This document shows, piece by piece, positions 33,664 to 44,900 of a stretch of DNA of 64,000 nt. Within the stretch, counting starts at the first letter, position 1; the number at the start of each line of letters is the position of its first letter. The notes under the pieces were generated by a model, which searched no databases, was not told the DNA's origin, and worked only from the letters and a program-made list of their open reading frames with translations. Made by a program: the position numbers and the translations under genes. The stretch is from Cyanidioschyzon merolae (taxonomy: Eukaryota), in the NCBI GenBank assembly GCA_000091205.1, contig AP006485.2. The stretch is one strand, 5' to 3'.

Positions 33664-35115
33664 GTGATCCTGGGTAGACTCCGTTCAAGACGTACCTTGC
33701 CGTGGGGTATGTTTGTGGGACTTCTCACAAGACGCAATCTACGACCCTTGCAGTCACTCGCCCGGAAACAAAGCCAGTTGGACACGTTTCGGAGCCGCAT
33801 GTCTTATTCGACTTTCTCTGGAGTGCCTGAGGCACCAAAGGACCCCATCTTAGGTCTGAATGAGCTTTTCCGTGAGGACCCTTCACCCCTTAAAGTAAAT
33901 CTGGGCGTCGGTGCGTACCGCACGGAAGAGAACAGGCCATACGTGCTCGGTGTTGTGAAACGAGTCGAACAAGAACTAGCAAATAATCCGAATACCCTGC
34001 ACGAGTATTTGCCGATCGAAGGCTTACCTGAATTTCGCTCCCTGTCAGCTCGCCTCGTATTTGGGGAGCGCTCACCGGCGCTCAAAGAGCAGCGAGTTGT
34101 CTCGCTACAAAGCCTGTCGGGAACAGGCTCGCTTCGCCTGGTCGCAGAGTTCCTCAGCAAGTTTTACCAGCGCGGCGCAGTCTGTTATCTGCCGCGCCCG
34201 ACCTGGGGGAACCACTGGAACATATTCCCAGCGGCGGGCATAAAGTGCCGCGAGTACCGGTATTACTCAGACGAGACCCATGAGGTCGACATCATCGGTC
34301 TCCTGGACGACCTAACTGCTGCACCGTCGGGCTCAATCGTGCTCCTTCACGCGTGTGCACATAATCCGACGGGAGCAGACCCTTCCATGACACAGTGGCA
34401 AGAGATCTTGGACGTCATCCGAAAGAAACAACATTTTCCGTTATTTGACTGCGCTTACCAAGGCTTCGCCTCGGGCTCTTTTGAGCGCGATGCGGCAGCT
34501 GTTCGCTTGTTTGAACGCGCTACAGTACCGGCTTCCGAAGCGGATGGTGCCAGAGAGCGACCCATGGAGATGGCGGTGACGCAGTCGTTTGCGAAAAATA
34601 TGGGACTTTACGGAGAGCGCGTCGGCGCAGCTCATATTGTCTGTGCTGCTCCGGCAGTAACGCAAGCCGTGCTCAGCCAAATGAAGCAGATAGCGCGCGG
34701 GCTCTATTCGAGTCCACCGGCACATGGTGCGACGATAGCAGCGAGAATTCTGAAAGATCGTGCGCTTTTTGCGGAATGGGAAACCGAAGTGCATGTGATG
34801 AGTAGTCGTATTCTACGCATGCGTCGTGAGCTCTTTGAGGCGCTGCATGAAAACAAAACGCCCGGAAATTGGGAGCATATTCTCTCCCAAATCGGCATGT
34901 TCAGTTTCCTGGGGCTGAGTGCGGAACAATGCCTTTATCTCCGGGAAAAGTACCATATATATATGACGACGAATGGGAGAATATCAATGGCCGGTCTCAC
35001 TTCAGACAAGGTACAGTACCTAGCGGATGCTATCAGGGATGCAGTCGTGCGTGAGGCCGAAAAGTTTGAGCATCAATCCGGCATTCAAGCTGCGCTAAAC
35101 AGCGGTAAGATATAA
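33664..35115 (+). CDS. Aspartate aminotransferase (PLP-dependent, class I) with an N-terminal targeting-like extension
   Basis: 'PKDPILGLNELFREDPSPLKVNLGVGAYRTEENRPYVL', 'SFAKNMGLYGERVGA' (the PLP-lysine region 'SxxKNxGLYGERVGA') and 'ACAHNPTGADP' are present. The first about 45 aa ('MILGRLRSRRTLPWGMFVGLLTRRNLRPLQSLARKQSQ') are basic and hydroxylated like an organellar presequence. Confidence 0.9.
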   Translation: MILGRLRSRRTLPWGMFVGLLTRRNLRPLQSLARKQSQLDTFRSRMSYSTFSGVPEAPKDPILGLNELFREDPSPLKVNLGVGAYRTEENRPYVLGVVKRVEQELANNPNTLHEYLPIEGLPEFRSLSARLVFGERSPALKEQRVVSLQSLSGTGSLRLVAEFLSKFYQRGAVCYLPRPTWGNHWNIFPAAGIKCREYRYYSDETHEVDIIGLLDDLTAAPSGSIVLLHACAHNPTGADPSMTQWQEILDVIRKKQHFPLFDCAYQGFASGSFERDAAAVRLFERATVPASEADGARERPMEMAVTQSFAKNMGLYGERVGAAHIVCAAPAVTQAVLSQMKQIARGLYSSPPAHGATIAARILKDRALFAEWETEVHVMSSRILRMRRELFEALHENKTPGNWEHILSQIGMFSFLGLSAEQCLYLREKYHIYMTTNGRISMAGLTSDKVQYLADAIRDAVVREAEKFEHQSGIQAALNSGKI

Positions 35116-36156
35116 GAGATAAATTTTGGCGGAGTACACACTGGTTTGGTGTTTTGCCACACGGCAACGGAACGAAGCACCGTTCCCGTCACGTCCAGCT
35201 AGACCGATCATCAGGTGCCGTGGAGCCATGATTCGTGAACGGATGCGTCGGTTTTGGTTGCCAGCGTCTACAGCAAAGGCGCGTAACGACGCGAGCGAGA
35301 GCGTCGACCCTGCATCCCGTGTGTGCACGGGACGTCGCGCGCATCTCAGGTGCCCTGTGGCAGCGAGTACCATGTAGTCAACCCCGAGGACTTGCTCCAT
35401 AGATCCTAGCCGGTAACGAATACTGCAGTTAGCGCCTTGCGTGGACCACAGCTCGCGTCTGGGAGAAAAAATCTTTCATGAAAGGTGGTCACAGAAACTA
35501 GACGCTGGTGAGCTTTCTGAATAGTCCACGCCTTTCTTTCATAGAATAGATGCTTCCAGAGAAGCGAATGACTTCTTTTGCTTGCATGCCACCAACAGAG
35601 TTCAATGGATTTTTCGTATGTTTGCAGTGAATCATTACCAACACCAGCGAAAGCACCGCGAGCATCACCATCATCACCCATATTGTAATTATCATCATCA
35701 TCATCATCACCATTAGCAGCAGCAGCAGCATGCACCTTCATTGCAACCAAGGGTGCCCATTGCCTCCAACAGAGCTGCCATTTCTTGCACAGCATGCGTG
35801 ACGCGCATGCGTGGCGGCGCAGCGCTGGCGGATCAGTTGCACGCATGCGATGCGCCATATCGTCGTCAGGGCCCTACATCTCCATCATGGACAAAAAGGT
35901 AAAGCGATACAGTCCAACACCTCCGTCAAGAACAAAAAAGAACGTAAGAATGTGCTGAGCGTTGATGGACGCTCGGTCCGATACCGATGACAATCACGAT
36001 ATCAGGGATCGATGGTCAATGGAAACCTTTTGACATCAGAAAAAAATTGCCTCATCGCCGATTGCGGTGTCGATCGACATCCACTTGTCTTTTTTTTCAA
36101 GATATATACATTTATGTCTAGATAGAAAGTGGCGTTCAGCGGCCGCGTAGCAGGGC

Positions 36157-38205
36157 GTGCACGCGCGCGCCGGCGCATCCACTCCCGTCGCAGCGATGCA
36201 TCGACGCTGCGGCGCGATGGACGGCATCGCTCGAGAAGCGTCAGTTAAGCGCCGGCTAAGTCCACTGGGCGCTCTGGACCTGAACGCTTCTATGGTCTTT
36301 GTGCCGATCACATCGGTTCAAGAGGCAAAGCATATTTTTCGTCATAGAAATAGCAGATCAACGAGTCAACTTTGTGCTTGTCGGTTCGCCTTGGCTCGGG
36401 CTTTCGTGTCTACGCAAGATAAAACGTGCTTTGTACCTGGTAGACCGTGTGTGCTCAAGGAAAAGTCAGCGCACACCGGCACTCTGAGACGCTCTCGGTT
36501 ACAGCGGGGGTTCTGTTGCGCTCAGGTCGAAGCAACAACGGTACATTCTGATTCGATGAGGAAAACGAACTCAACTTCAGTCATGGGGAACGGCGCTGTC
36601 GGGGCGCTGACGGGGAGAGTTCTCGTTCCCGAGAAGCTCGACAGCGACGGCGTAGCGCTGCTCGAGAGAGCCGGTCTGGAAGTAGTGTGCAAGTACGACT
36701 TGACAGAAGATGAGTTAAGCGCTGTTCTTGGTGACTTTGACGCACTGATCGTTCGATCCGGTACCAAAGTGACGCGTTCCCTTCTCGAGAAAGCGAACGC
36801 TACGCGTCTGCGTGTCATCGGACGGGCCGGCGTTGGTGTCGATAATATCGACCTGGCGGCAGCCTCCGAACGGGGAATCGTTGTTGTGAACGCACCTACG
36901 GGCAACTGTATTGCTGCTGCTGAGCATACGGTTGCGTTGCTTCTGGCGCTGGCCCGCAACATTGCCGCCGCGGACGCTACAATCAAAGGTGATCAGTGGA
37001 ATCGGAATAAATTTGTAGGCGTTTCCCTTGTGGATAAGACCCTTGGTGTATGTGGTTTTGGAAGAATTGGTCGAGAGGTTGCACGTCGCTGTCGGGCGCT
37101 GGGAATGCGTATATTGGCCTACGATCCCTACTGTGCTGTCGAGGTGACACGCGCCGTCGGTGCCGAGCTCTGCAGCTCCCTCGATGAACTTCTTCGTGTT
37201 TCAGACTTTGTTACCGTGCACATGCCCCTGACAGAGTCCACGGAAAATATGATCGATCGGAATGCGCTCTCTAAGTGCAAGGATGGAGTGCGGATTCTGA
37301 ACGTCGCCCGCGGCGGCATCGTCGACGAGGTCGCTCTGTTGGAGGCGCTGGAATCCGGCAAAGTCGCAGGAGCCGCGTTAGACGTTTTTGTTCAGGAGCC
37401 TCCACACAAATATCCCGGAAGTCCATCAGAGAAGGTTGCGAAACATCCCCGGGTGGTCGCGACACCGCACCTGGGAGCCAGCACTGTCGAGGCACAACTC
37501 GATGTGGCCCTTGAAGTAGCCGAGGCGGTCATCACAGCGCTGCGGGGTGACTTTGCGCCAACAACAGTGAATGCTCCATCGCTTCCTTCGGAGATGCTTT
37601 CGACTTTGAAGCCAGTTGCCGAGCTCGCAAAGGACTTGGGAAAGTTGGCGGCTGCCTTTAGTGACCGCATTCACGAAGTGAGCATCACATACGCCTTTCG
37701 TGATGCTGAGAAGCGGAATGCCACTCGCTTTCTGCGCGCTTCTGTGCTTCAAGGCCTCCTTGGGCAGACCTCGGCAGTGCCGATCAATTACGTGAACGCA
37801 GATGTGGTTGCGGAGCGTCGAGGCATCACCTGGACGGAGGTTTTACTCTCCAGCATCGAAACCAGCGATGCAGAGTTTCTGCGTTTGGAAGTGAATCGCC
37901 ATGTCTACGAAGGCCGTGTAACTTCGGGGATGCCTCGGGTAACGCGCATCGACAATTTCGATATTGACATTTGCCTGAACGGCCGTGTACTCGCGTACGA
38001 ACAAATCGATCGACCGGGCATGATCGGTCTCGTAGGCTCTATTCTAGGTGATGCTGGAGTGAACATCAGCTTCATGACACTAGGTCGCGATGACAAAGTC
38101 GGACGGGCGCTGGTCCTCCTCGGGGTGGACTCAGAGCCGGAACCGTCAACGCTCGATGCCATCGCATCCAAAATTGGGTATCGTCCGCGAATGATGTTCT
38201 TCTGA
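36157..38205 (+). CDS. PHGDH: D-3-phosphoglycerate dehydrogenase (2-hydroxyacid DH catalytic and NAD domains, ASB and ACT domains) with an about 150-aa N-terminal extension
   Basis: 'RVIGRAGVGVDNIDLAAASERGIVVVNAPTGN', NAD-binding 'GVCGFGRIGREVARR', 'LNVARGGIVDE', 'HLGASTVEAQ'. The C-terminal 'GMIGLVGSILGDAGVNISFMTLGR' is an ACT domain. The long Ser/Arg/Ala-rich N-terminus resembles a plastid transit peptide, as in plant PGDH. Confidence 0.9.
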   Translation: MHARAGASTPVAAMHRRCGAMDGIAREASVKRRLSPLGALDLNASMVFVPITSVQEAKHIFRHRNSRSTSQLCACRFALARAFVSTQDKTCFVPGRPCVLKEKSAHTGTLRRSRLQRGFCCAQVEATTVHSDSMRKTNSTSVMGNGAVGALTGRVLVPEKLDSDGVALLERAGLEVVCKYDLTEDELSAVLGDFDALIVRSGTKVTRSLLEKANATRLRVIGRAGVGVDNIDLAAASERGIVVVNAPTGNCIAAAEHTVALLLALARNIAAADATIKGDQWNRNKFVGVSLVDKTLGVCGFGRIGREVARRCRALGMRILAYDPYCAVEVTRAVGAELCSSLDELLRVSDFVTVHMPLTESTENMIDRNALSKCKDGVRILNVARGGIVDEVALLEALESGKVAGAALDVFVQEPPHKYPGSPSEKVAKHPRVVATPHLGASTVEAQLDVALEVAEAVITALRGDFAPTTVNAPSLPSEMLSTLKPVAELAKDLGKLAAAFSDRIHEVSITYAFRDAEKRNATRFLRASVLQGLLGQTSAVPINYVNADVVAERRGITWTEVLLSSIETSDAEFLRLEVNRHVYEGRVTSGMPRVTRIDNFDIDICLNGRVLAYEQIDRPGMIGLVGSILGDAGVNISFMTLGRDDKVGRALVLLGVDSEPEPSTLDAIASKIGYRPRMMFF

Positions 38206-39099
38206 GGTGTTGTATACGTTGCAAAAGATGTAAGTGATGTACCATAGAAGCCGAGATGATCGCCGATTACAAACAAGGGTGTTCCAAACCCAAGGCGATC
38301 ACAAATCGAGATACGATCCATGAATCCAAGGCGAGCTCCATCGTAAATGCACCCGTTTTACAAGTTCATGTACTGGTCGCTCTTGCATTCGCGTGGTGTC
38401 CGAATGCTCTATATTGAGCAACTGCTTTCCTTTCTCTATAATGTTGGAAATGCCTGGATGACCAGATGCTCTGGGTTGCACGGCTGCTGTCGGTAACCGG
38501 TGAGCAGACGCTTGGCCTGGAAGGTGAGCGCTGCGGCCTCGGTGGCAGCGGAGCGCGTTCGCAGGTACAGTGCGAGCCCAGTTGCAAAGAATTCCAGGTT
38601 TTCTTCATGGGAGTCCGATGATCCTAATCGCATTTCCCCCGGTAACGCTCACACTACTGGAACATACGCAGCGGAGCGCCCGCACCGACGGTTCGTCGAC
38701 ATCGTCTTCCAATCAACGACGAGTCTTCAATTTGTCTGCTTTATTTGGGCAAGCAGCCTACCTCTTTCTCGCTAAACATGCTATTAAGAAGTATGCACGT
38801 TGACTTGTCGATCAAAACGACCTGGTTAAAACAACACCCAACCTATTTATGAAAGATGCGAAGCGTTCCGGCACCCGCCGTAAACCGCCAGCCCGGTGAC
38901 CAGCTTCGCTTGCATGGCACCCCCGGTACCAAGACCTTGACTCGACGAGTTCCTACGCCGCATCCCGAGCACCCAGAACGTGCCCTGATCGGTAGCCAGT
39001 GCCTGAGCAGCGACGGAATACACTTGGCACAGCTCCAAACAATCCAAAAGACGAGTCCAGTGCCCGGGGTGCTGCTTCTACGCCTCAGCGCGAACCGCT

Positions 39100-40488
39100 C
39101 TACTTCTGCAAGTCGATACGGCTATAGCGCGCTCCTAATCGTGTGGCTTTCTGATAGAGATCCGCAAAAGCATTCCCGAACCCCTTATCTCCCAAGTTGC
39201 CCAGAGTGTCTACCGCTTTCGTTGCGTCTGCATCTGCAGCGATTGAGAATTCTGTTGCATTCTGTGCTTCGTGCCGATGCAGGCGGCTTGCAAGTTCTCG
39301 CAGAAAACGAGTGCTGAAGCGGTCCTTGCCGAGCGTCAACGAACGCACGGAGGTGTTCACGGCCACTGTCCTCGAGGCAGCAGGATCGCTGCGCGCTCGA
39401 CCGTACGTTACGGTGGCGATGTCCTCTGAGAGAATCGGCCCTGTTGACGAGGAACGCTCACCTCGGGCGGCAGTGCCTCGTGACGGGGCGGACGACCCCA
39501 GCGACTCTTCGAGACGCCTCAGTTCGCCAAGCGCTCCGATTATAAGGAGGCCTGCACGCGTTTGCTGCTCCCTATCATTCCTGGACACAAGGCCGGATCG
39601 CGTCAGAAGCACGCGCATGTCTTCTAGTCCCAGAGCGGCGTCGTTGTCGCTGGCATTGTCCTCGATGCCGTGCAGGAAGCGCCAGTAAGCCGGAACATCC
39701 TGAAGACGCTGCCAAACGAGTTGTTGTCTTTCTGCCGGTGCGTCCTCTCTGCCGTTCTGGACGCGTAATCGCGGACCTCCAGTAAGCTCCATTGCCACGA
39801 CGCCAGCGTAGGCTATGGTATCGGCCCAGGATACCTCTTTTATGAAAGGACGAATAGGCTCCAATGCCTTCAGCGCTTCTTGTAACCCCGATAGACCAGG
39901 TGCGCTGGCAGTCTTCCTAGGGCCGTTCTCTTGCAGCTTCGCCAAAACGTATCGAATAGAGGCGTTGCTACCCCCGACCTGGGTACTTTCGTCGAAGGTG
40001 AAGGCATCGGCAAGCGCCAAGCGTACGAAAGGTTCCAATAAGTGCGGCGACTGGGATAGAACGTTTCTTAAGTTCTGTTTCAGCCGGTTCAGGGTTGAAA
40101 CTCTGATTTCCTTATCTCCGTACCGGTTGACATCAAAGTCCACAAACGCGTGGGCAATCGGAAGCTGTCCGTCCCGAAGCGTCTCGGTTTGCGCGAGAAG
40201 GCAACCAGTGGAGAGCGCAAGCAGCGTGCGCAGGAACGCACGTCGAGAGGGCTCTACTGCAGACCGCCAACACAGACGCTGCGTTTGACGAGTGCCCGTG
40301 AAACGAAGCCGACTCGCACGCCATAGACGTATGCTATTCCGTCCAGTGCCTTGACCAAAGCTTGCTGATGAAGAACCGGTACGGGTCCAGTTACCACATG
40401 TGAACGCAAACGCCGGTTCCTGTGTCCGAAAAAGTGCCTCTTGGTGGCTCACGGCTGACGAGCACTCGAGCGGCGAGGCCTTCTCCAT
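39100..40488 (-). CDS. Class-I heme peroxidase-fold protein (ascorbate/cytochrome-c peroxidase family) lacking the distal catalytic His/Trp, with a Tat-type (RR) lumenal targeting signal
   Basis: 'GLQEALKALEPIRPFIKEVSWADTIAYAGVVAMELTGGPRLRVQNGREDAP' aligns with APX '[51 protein letters not shown]'. The distal motif 'RLAWHSAGTFD' is replaced by 'RLALADAFTFD' (Trp to Leu, His to Ala). The aligned proximal His position reads Ser. The N-terminus has 'EPSRRAFLRTLLALSTGCLLAQ' (twin-arginine, then hydrophobic, then AxA-like), preceded by an about 85-aa Ser/Arg-rich presequence. Confidence 0.75.
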   Translation of the reverse strand: MEKASPLECSSAVSHQEALFRTQEPAFAFTCGNWTRTGSSSASFGQGTGRNSIRLWRASRLRFTGTRQTQRLCWRSAVEPSRRAFLRTLLALSTGCLLAQTETLRDGQLPIAHAFVDFDVNRYGDKEIRVSTLNRLKQNLRNVLSQSPHLLEPFVRLALADAFTFDESTQVGGSNASIRYVLAKLQENGPRKTASAPGLSGLQEALKALEPIRPFIKEVSWADTIAYAGVVAMELTGGPRLRVQNGREDAPAERQQLVWQRLQDVPAYWRFLHGIEDNASDNDAALGLEDMRVLLTRSGLVSRNDREQQTRAGLLIIGALGELRRLEESLGSSAPSRGTAARGERSSSTGPILSEDIATVTYGRARSDPAASRTVAVNTSVRSLTLGKDRFSTRFLRELASRLHRHEAQNATEFSIAADADATKAVDTLGNLGDKGFGNAFADLYQKATRLGARYSRIDLQK

Positions 40489-40932
40489 AGACTCGAACAG
40501 CTCACTCCTTCAGAAGCGACCTGTAGTACCGAACCCTGCCCTGGTTCACTGGTGAAAGAGCACCGCTGTTCCAGAATACCTGAAGGCGCCGCTGCGAAAA
40601 GCGTTCGATGTTGCGTGGTATGCAGTGAACGGCGCGCTCGAGTTCTACAGTGTGTCTGCCGCTTAGCCGCGGTGCAGCGTATGCTCCATAGCGCTCATAC
40701 TTCGCCCAGTATACTTGTAGGAGGTTCAACTGAACCGACCAAGACGCCCTTAACCGGCTGACGTATTCGAAAGCGTTTCCGAGCGTTGCTCCAGAGGTCA
40801 GAGTTGGCTACTGCAGGCTGCGTTGCGATCTGGAAGCAGGGCTGCTTCCAGGTGCCCGAGCTCTTGTGCTTCATTATCTAGCAAGAGCCTTCACTCCGAC
40901 GCATCTTCTACTGTCAAGTAGCTCTGGGGTTT

Positions 40933-42105
40933 TTGGCAACTGTAGTGCCTCTGTGTCGCATGGCGCCTACTGGCTCTCCAAACGAAGTGTGCGCGGGCCT
41001 ACTCGCAGTGCCAAGAACGTTGCCAACGATACCGATAGCGCAAATAGAGCCATTCGAGCTGCCAGGGTTCCGCGTGGGTACCCTGGACTCCCTGCTCGCT
41101 TTATCGGAGACGCTTTGCCGCCACGACAGCGCAGCGTCTCAACTGGCCGTGAAGATCGCGCAGGAGTTCCCAGCCGAGTTCTCGTTATCCACTGATGGCT
41201 TGAGGGTACCACTGCGTGCATACTGTCCCTTCCGCTGGAATCAAGCCAAATACGGCTCAGTCGAACAGTGTCCACTAGCGCAACTATTTCAGTTCGTCTG
41301 GCGACAGGTAGAAGAGCTCGAACAGGGTTTTCGCACCCGCCACGAGCAGTACGCCGCAGCGAAACAGAACTGGCAAGCACTGGAACAAGCTTACTCGGGT
41401 GGACTGAGCTATCGACCGCTGTCAAGTATCGTTAGACCCGAGCAGATACTCGAAACAGAGCACCTCCTGACGGTGTTTCTCCTGCTCAAGGCCCGGGACG
41501 AGGATACGTTTCTGCGCACGTACGAAAGCTCAACACCGCATGTGGTGCCCCGCAGCGCAACCCTGCTTGCCCGCGACGATGAAGAAGTGCTGTATAGCGT
41601 AGTCGTATTCCGAAAAGGCCTCACGGAGTTTGTTCGAGCTGCGCGAGAACGTCGCTATCAAGTACGAGAGTACCAATCTGAGGCAGATTCCACACAGGGC
41701 AGCCTCGAGGAACGGCTTGCAAAGGCACGAATACACTGGCAGCAGCTTGGTCATGCATTCCGGGAATGGATAACAGAAGCGTATGCGGAGTGCATCGACG
41801 CGCTCGTTCACTTGAAGGTGCTGCGTCTGTTCGTAGAGGGTGTTCTTCGGTACGGAGTTCCGGTCTCCTTCGCCGCTGGATGGATTTTGTATGATCGTTC
41901 GAAGATACAAAAAATCCGAAAGACGCTCCAGCAAGCGCTACACACACCCGAGCATCGACAGATTCTGCGACATGTATACCGCGAAGCCGGCGAACAGATA
42001 GAGATGCCGTCGATTCCTGGGCTCTCAGCAGCAGATATGGAACTGCCATACGACGAGGATGCTTTCGTGTGGCTCCCAGTGGACGATGCGATTTTTCGGC
42101 AGTAG
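40933..42105 (+). CDS. V-type H+-ATPase subunit C (Vma5 family)
   Basis: 'LPGFRVGTLDSLLALSETLCRHD' resembles V-ATPase C '[23 protein letters not shown]'. 'HLKVLRLFVEGVLRYGVPVSFAA' resembles '[23 protein letters not shown]'. Length is 390 aa. Confidence 0.8.
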   Translation: MATVVPLCRMAPTGSPNEVCAGLLAVPRTLPTIPIAQIEPFELPGFRVGTLDSLLALSETLCRHDSAASQLAVKIAQEFPAEFSLSTDGLRVPLRAYCPFRWNQAKYGSVEQCPLAQLFQFVWRQVEELEQGFRTRHEQYAAAKQNWQALEQAYSGGLSYRPLSSIVRPEQILETEHLLTVFLLLKARDEDTFLRTYESSTPHVVPRSATLLARDDEEVLYSVVVFRKGLTEFVRAARERRYQVREYQSEADSTQGSLEERLAKARIHWQQLGHAFREWITEAYAECIDALVHLKVLRLFVEGVLRYGVPVSFAAGWILYDRSKIQKIRKTLQQALHTPEHRQILRHVYREAGEQIEMPSIPGLSAADMELPYDEDAFVWLPVDDAIFRQ

Positions 42106-42930
42106 ACGATCCTATGCCTGAGATGCCTTACGCCAAGCGGGGAGCATCCTTTTAGTTGCAGTGTCGCGCTTTGTCGAAGGCGAGGAGCATTGGACGGCGT
42201 ACTTTTCAGGTTCGGTGGTACGCGAGCATTCCGCTGCATTGCATCTTCTACATTCGTGTTCGAATAAAATGGGACGGACCCTGAACCTGGGCGTAAACGC
42301 TGACGTTTGGATCTCTTCGCACTGCCATCAATAATAGTCTTTGTGGGGTTTTTCTTGCGACTGCTTCTGCTCCCTCTTCCATACCCGACTTTGAACAAGA
42401 TGCTCAATGCTTTCCTGGGAGCTAACTTGTCAACAGGTGAAGGGTGTTTATGGCAGTGTGCAAATCCTGATTTTGCAGCTACAACCTGTTGTCGACGCAG
42501 TCAATACGTAAGTAAAAATTGCGATCGACGTAGCTGTTCCATTGTTGAGCTTGTTTGTACAAAGGCGCTGTGCGACCTTTCCATCAGTCATATCGTGTTA
42601 TGGTCAGGTGTGTCCCTCTATATCCACCTCATTTCCTCCGTGCGCCGCGCTGGGGCGTGGAAACGCTTGCTTCACGCCCCCGTACATGTCCATGACTGCT
42701 ACTGAAGGGTACGCTCCATGCACGCCTCCTTTTTTTTGCAGCGTCAACTGTACCCCACGATCACGGGGCTTGTGCGTGGCAATCCCCTCGGCAAGTACAC
42801 TATTCGATGCATACGAGAGTGCACGCAGTTCCGTTCGATAGCGGATTTGCGAAACGCAATGTTATTGACGATGGAACAATTACCAGAAACAAGATCCAAG
42901 CTGGAAAACGGGTCAAGAAATTTCGGTCTG

Positions 42931-43613
42931 TCTACGCTCCCTTCGTGCGAAACGGTGACGCACACCCTACTGGAATCGATCGCTCGGATGACTCCAGTTC
43001 TAGTACCGAATCCTTTCCCAAGCAAACAGAAGAGGCGGGAGCCCCGCAAGCAGCGCACCACATCATACGGTACCCTGCTGCTCTGGAATGCCGTCTCGCC
43101 GATGAGCGCGAAGAGACAAGAATTTGTCTTTCGAATGCAATGGACCATTCCAAGCGACAAGTGACGTGAGCAATGGTCATGAGTTTGTGAACGAGTCGTC
43201 CATGGACGACGTCAAGGTTCTGGTATCGCTGGATAATCTAGGGACACAAATCGCTTCGCCCCTAGGGTGCCGTGAGAGAGCAACACTGAAGCGTTGAAGA
43301 GTGCACGATTAACGCGTGCTTCACGTACGGAACTTTAAAGCGTGGGAGCTTGAACCAGTGACTCGGATCATTATATCGAATATTCTACGAATCTTTATTC
43401 GATTGCGTCGTGAATCCCCCCGATCCCTGTAACGTAACAATTTCCAGCGGTACAGCGTCAAAGGAGGCATTCCGCGAAAAAATGGCGACCGATCGACAGC
43501 AAACTACTCATGAATCTACACGCTCCTACCTGCTGCATTTCGCATGTCGAGACTGCGGAACTGCAAGTTCGGATAAATGGAAAAACAGGAACATAGAGAG
43601 CAGTAAAGCACTG
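42931..43613 (-). mobile_element. 690-bp internal fragment of the TnpB/Fanzor-like element family (copy C), about 99% identical to copy D at 56955-57646
   Basis: Minus-strand translation '...CLFALIGETAFQSS...LDLVSGNCSIVNNIAFRKSAIERNCVHSRMHRIVYLPRG' is colinear with plus-strand frames of 27100-27450 ('LFIEIGETAFYSS...LVLDLNNRTGTCFIMDNIAFHKSCIEQNSV...YLPRG'). Nucleotide identity to that copy is about 75%. Boundaries were defined by loss of identity with copy D. Confidence 0.6.
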
Positions 43614-44900
43614 CACCCTAAACCGGTACAAATGGAGCGCCGCGAGCCCTGCCCAGACTCGGAGGCCAACAGGTCGTTCCGATTTGCAGTCAAACCGAAA
43701 CAAGAACCCGCGCCCTGCCACTCACCCCGAACAAGTGCTCTCAACAGCGACGCACAACAGACGCATTCTCAAAGCGTTTTCATTGGTTTTGTGCGACAGC
43801 ACCATTGCCGTGGAACCCTCTATTCGACACCCGCATGCGCCTCTGTATCTACGCATGCAAGCATGCATGGATTAGGGTCAAAGCAGTGACACATGTATGC
43901 ATCTATGTCACTATACGTCTAGGTATATCTAGACATATCCTATTCCTACTGGGGTTCGCAGGTCCGGTGACGATTCCGTCGCTGTAACGCTGCATGCGTA
44001 CATTCCTATGTTTTCCATCTCCCGTTCCACGAGCTGGAATTTGGATTCGTATCGCTCGTCGAGGTCGAATTCGAGCTGCTTGTACCAGCGACTCGCGAAC
44101 AGCGAAGTTCCATTCCATGAAGCAAACGAAACAGGTTCGGCGATAGCCAAGAAGGAATGCTCTCTCGATAAAACGAGTATCTGGTCTTACCCGCGCATAC
44201 CAGACGAGGCCCCTGGGAATAAAAGTGCATCAAGTGTGAAAACTGAGCGTTGTCGATCACCCAACCATTCCTTGTTCTGTGCAGCCTTGGTGGCACTAGA
44301 CTGGAATCTCTTCGCGATGCATGTGCCGCACTTGTCGCCACAGGAGGAGAGCAGACGGCAGCGGCATCGCCAGGCACGTGCAATTCTCGAAACATACGGC
44401 AGCAGTGCGTACAACTGGTACCGATACGACACCAGGAGCGAAAGCCGTAGATGAAGCACCGGATCACCACGACATGTGTAGGCTGTGCTCAGTGTTCCTG
44501 ATTCCGGGATAACGTTCTCGTCCTCGAAGGTCCATCTTGGTGGATATACCATTGCTTCTCTGCTGATTGACAGATTCTGTTGCTTCGCTCATCCTTGCAC
44601 CGGGACATATTTCGCAGTGAACGATACAGCAATCCTTCGCACCGGAGCCATCTTACGGTACGTAAGAGTGTAGAATGCGCTCCTGGAGCGCTTCTCGCAC
44701 GTCCGCTGTTCCCTAGCTACGTGAACCGCTTGCAGACTAGGCAACGTTTCCGGATGCCCGGCTCCGTCTGAGATGTTATCGATGAATCCAAAAACAGAGG
44801 CCAGGGCGGATTGTTTGGAGCGAGCCTGGGCGATCGCTCATGAAGATCTTCCAAGATCCAAGACTGCTCAAGCTAACTGCTTCGACGATGTTCATTCGAG

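Noticed and set aside
35406-35858. 150-aa ORF with a poly-Asp/His run
   Set aside because: It is driven by a (CAT)n/(CAG)n microsatellite at 35640-35730 in the intergenic region after the AAT gene. It has no domain similarity and is probably non-coding.
42807-43169. Plus-strand ORFs inside the 690-bp repeats (42807-43169 / 56870-57202; 43410-43889 / 57443-57700)
   Set aside because: They are antisense to the strand whose translation is conserved with the 27-kb element copy. Their identity between copies only reflects the 99% nucleotide identity of the repeats.
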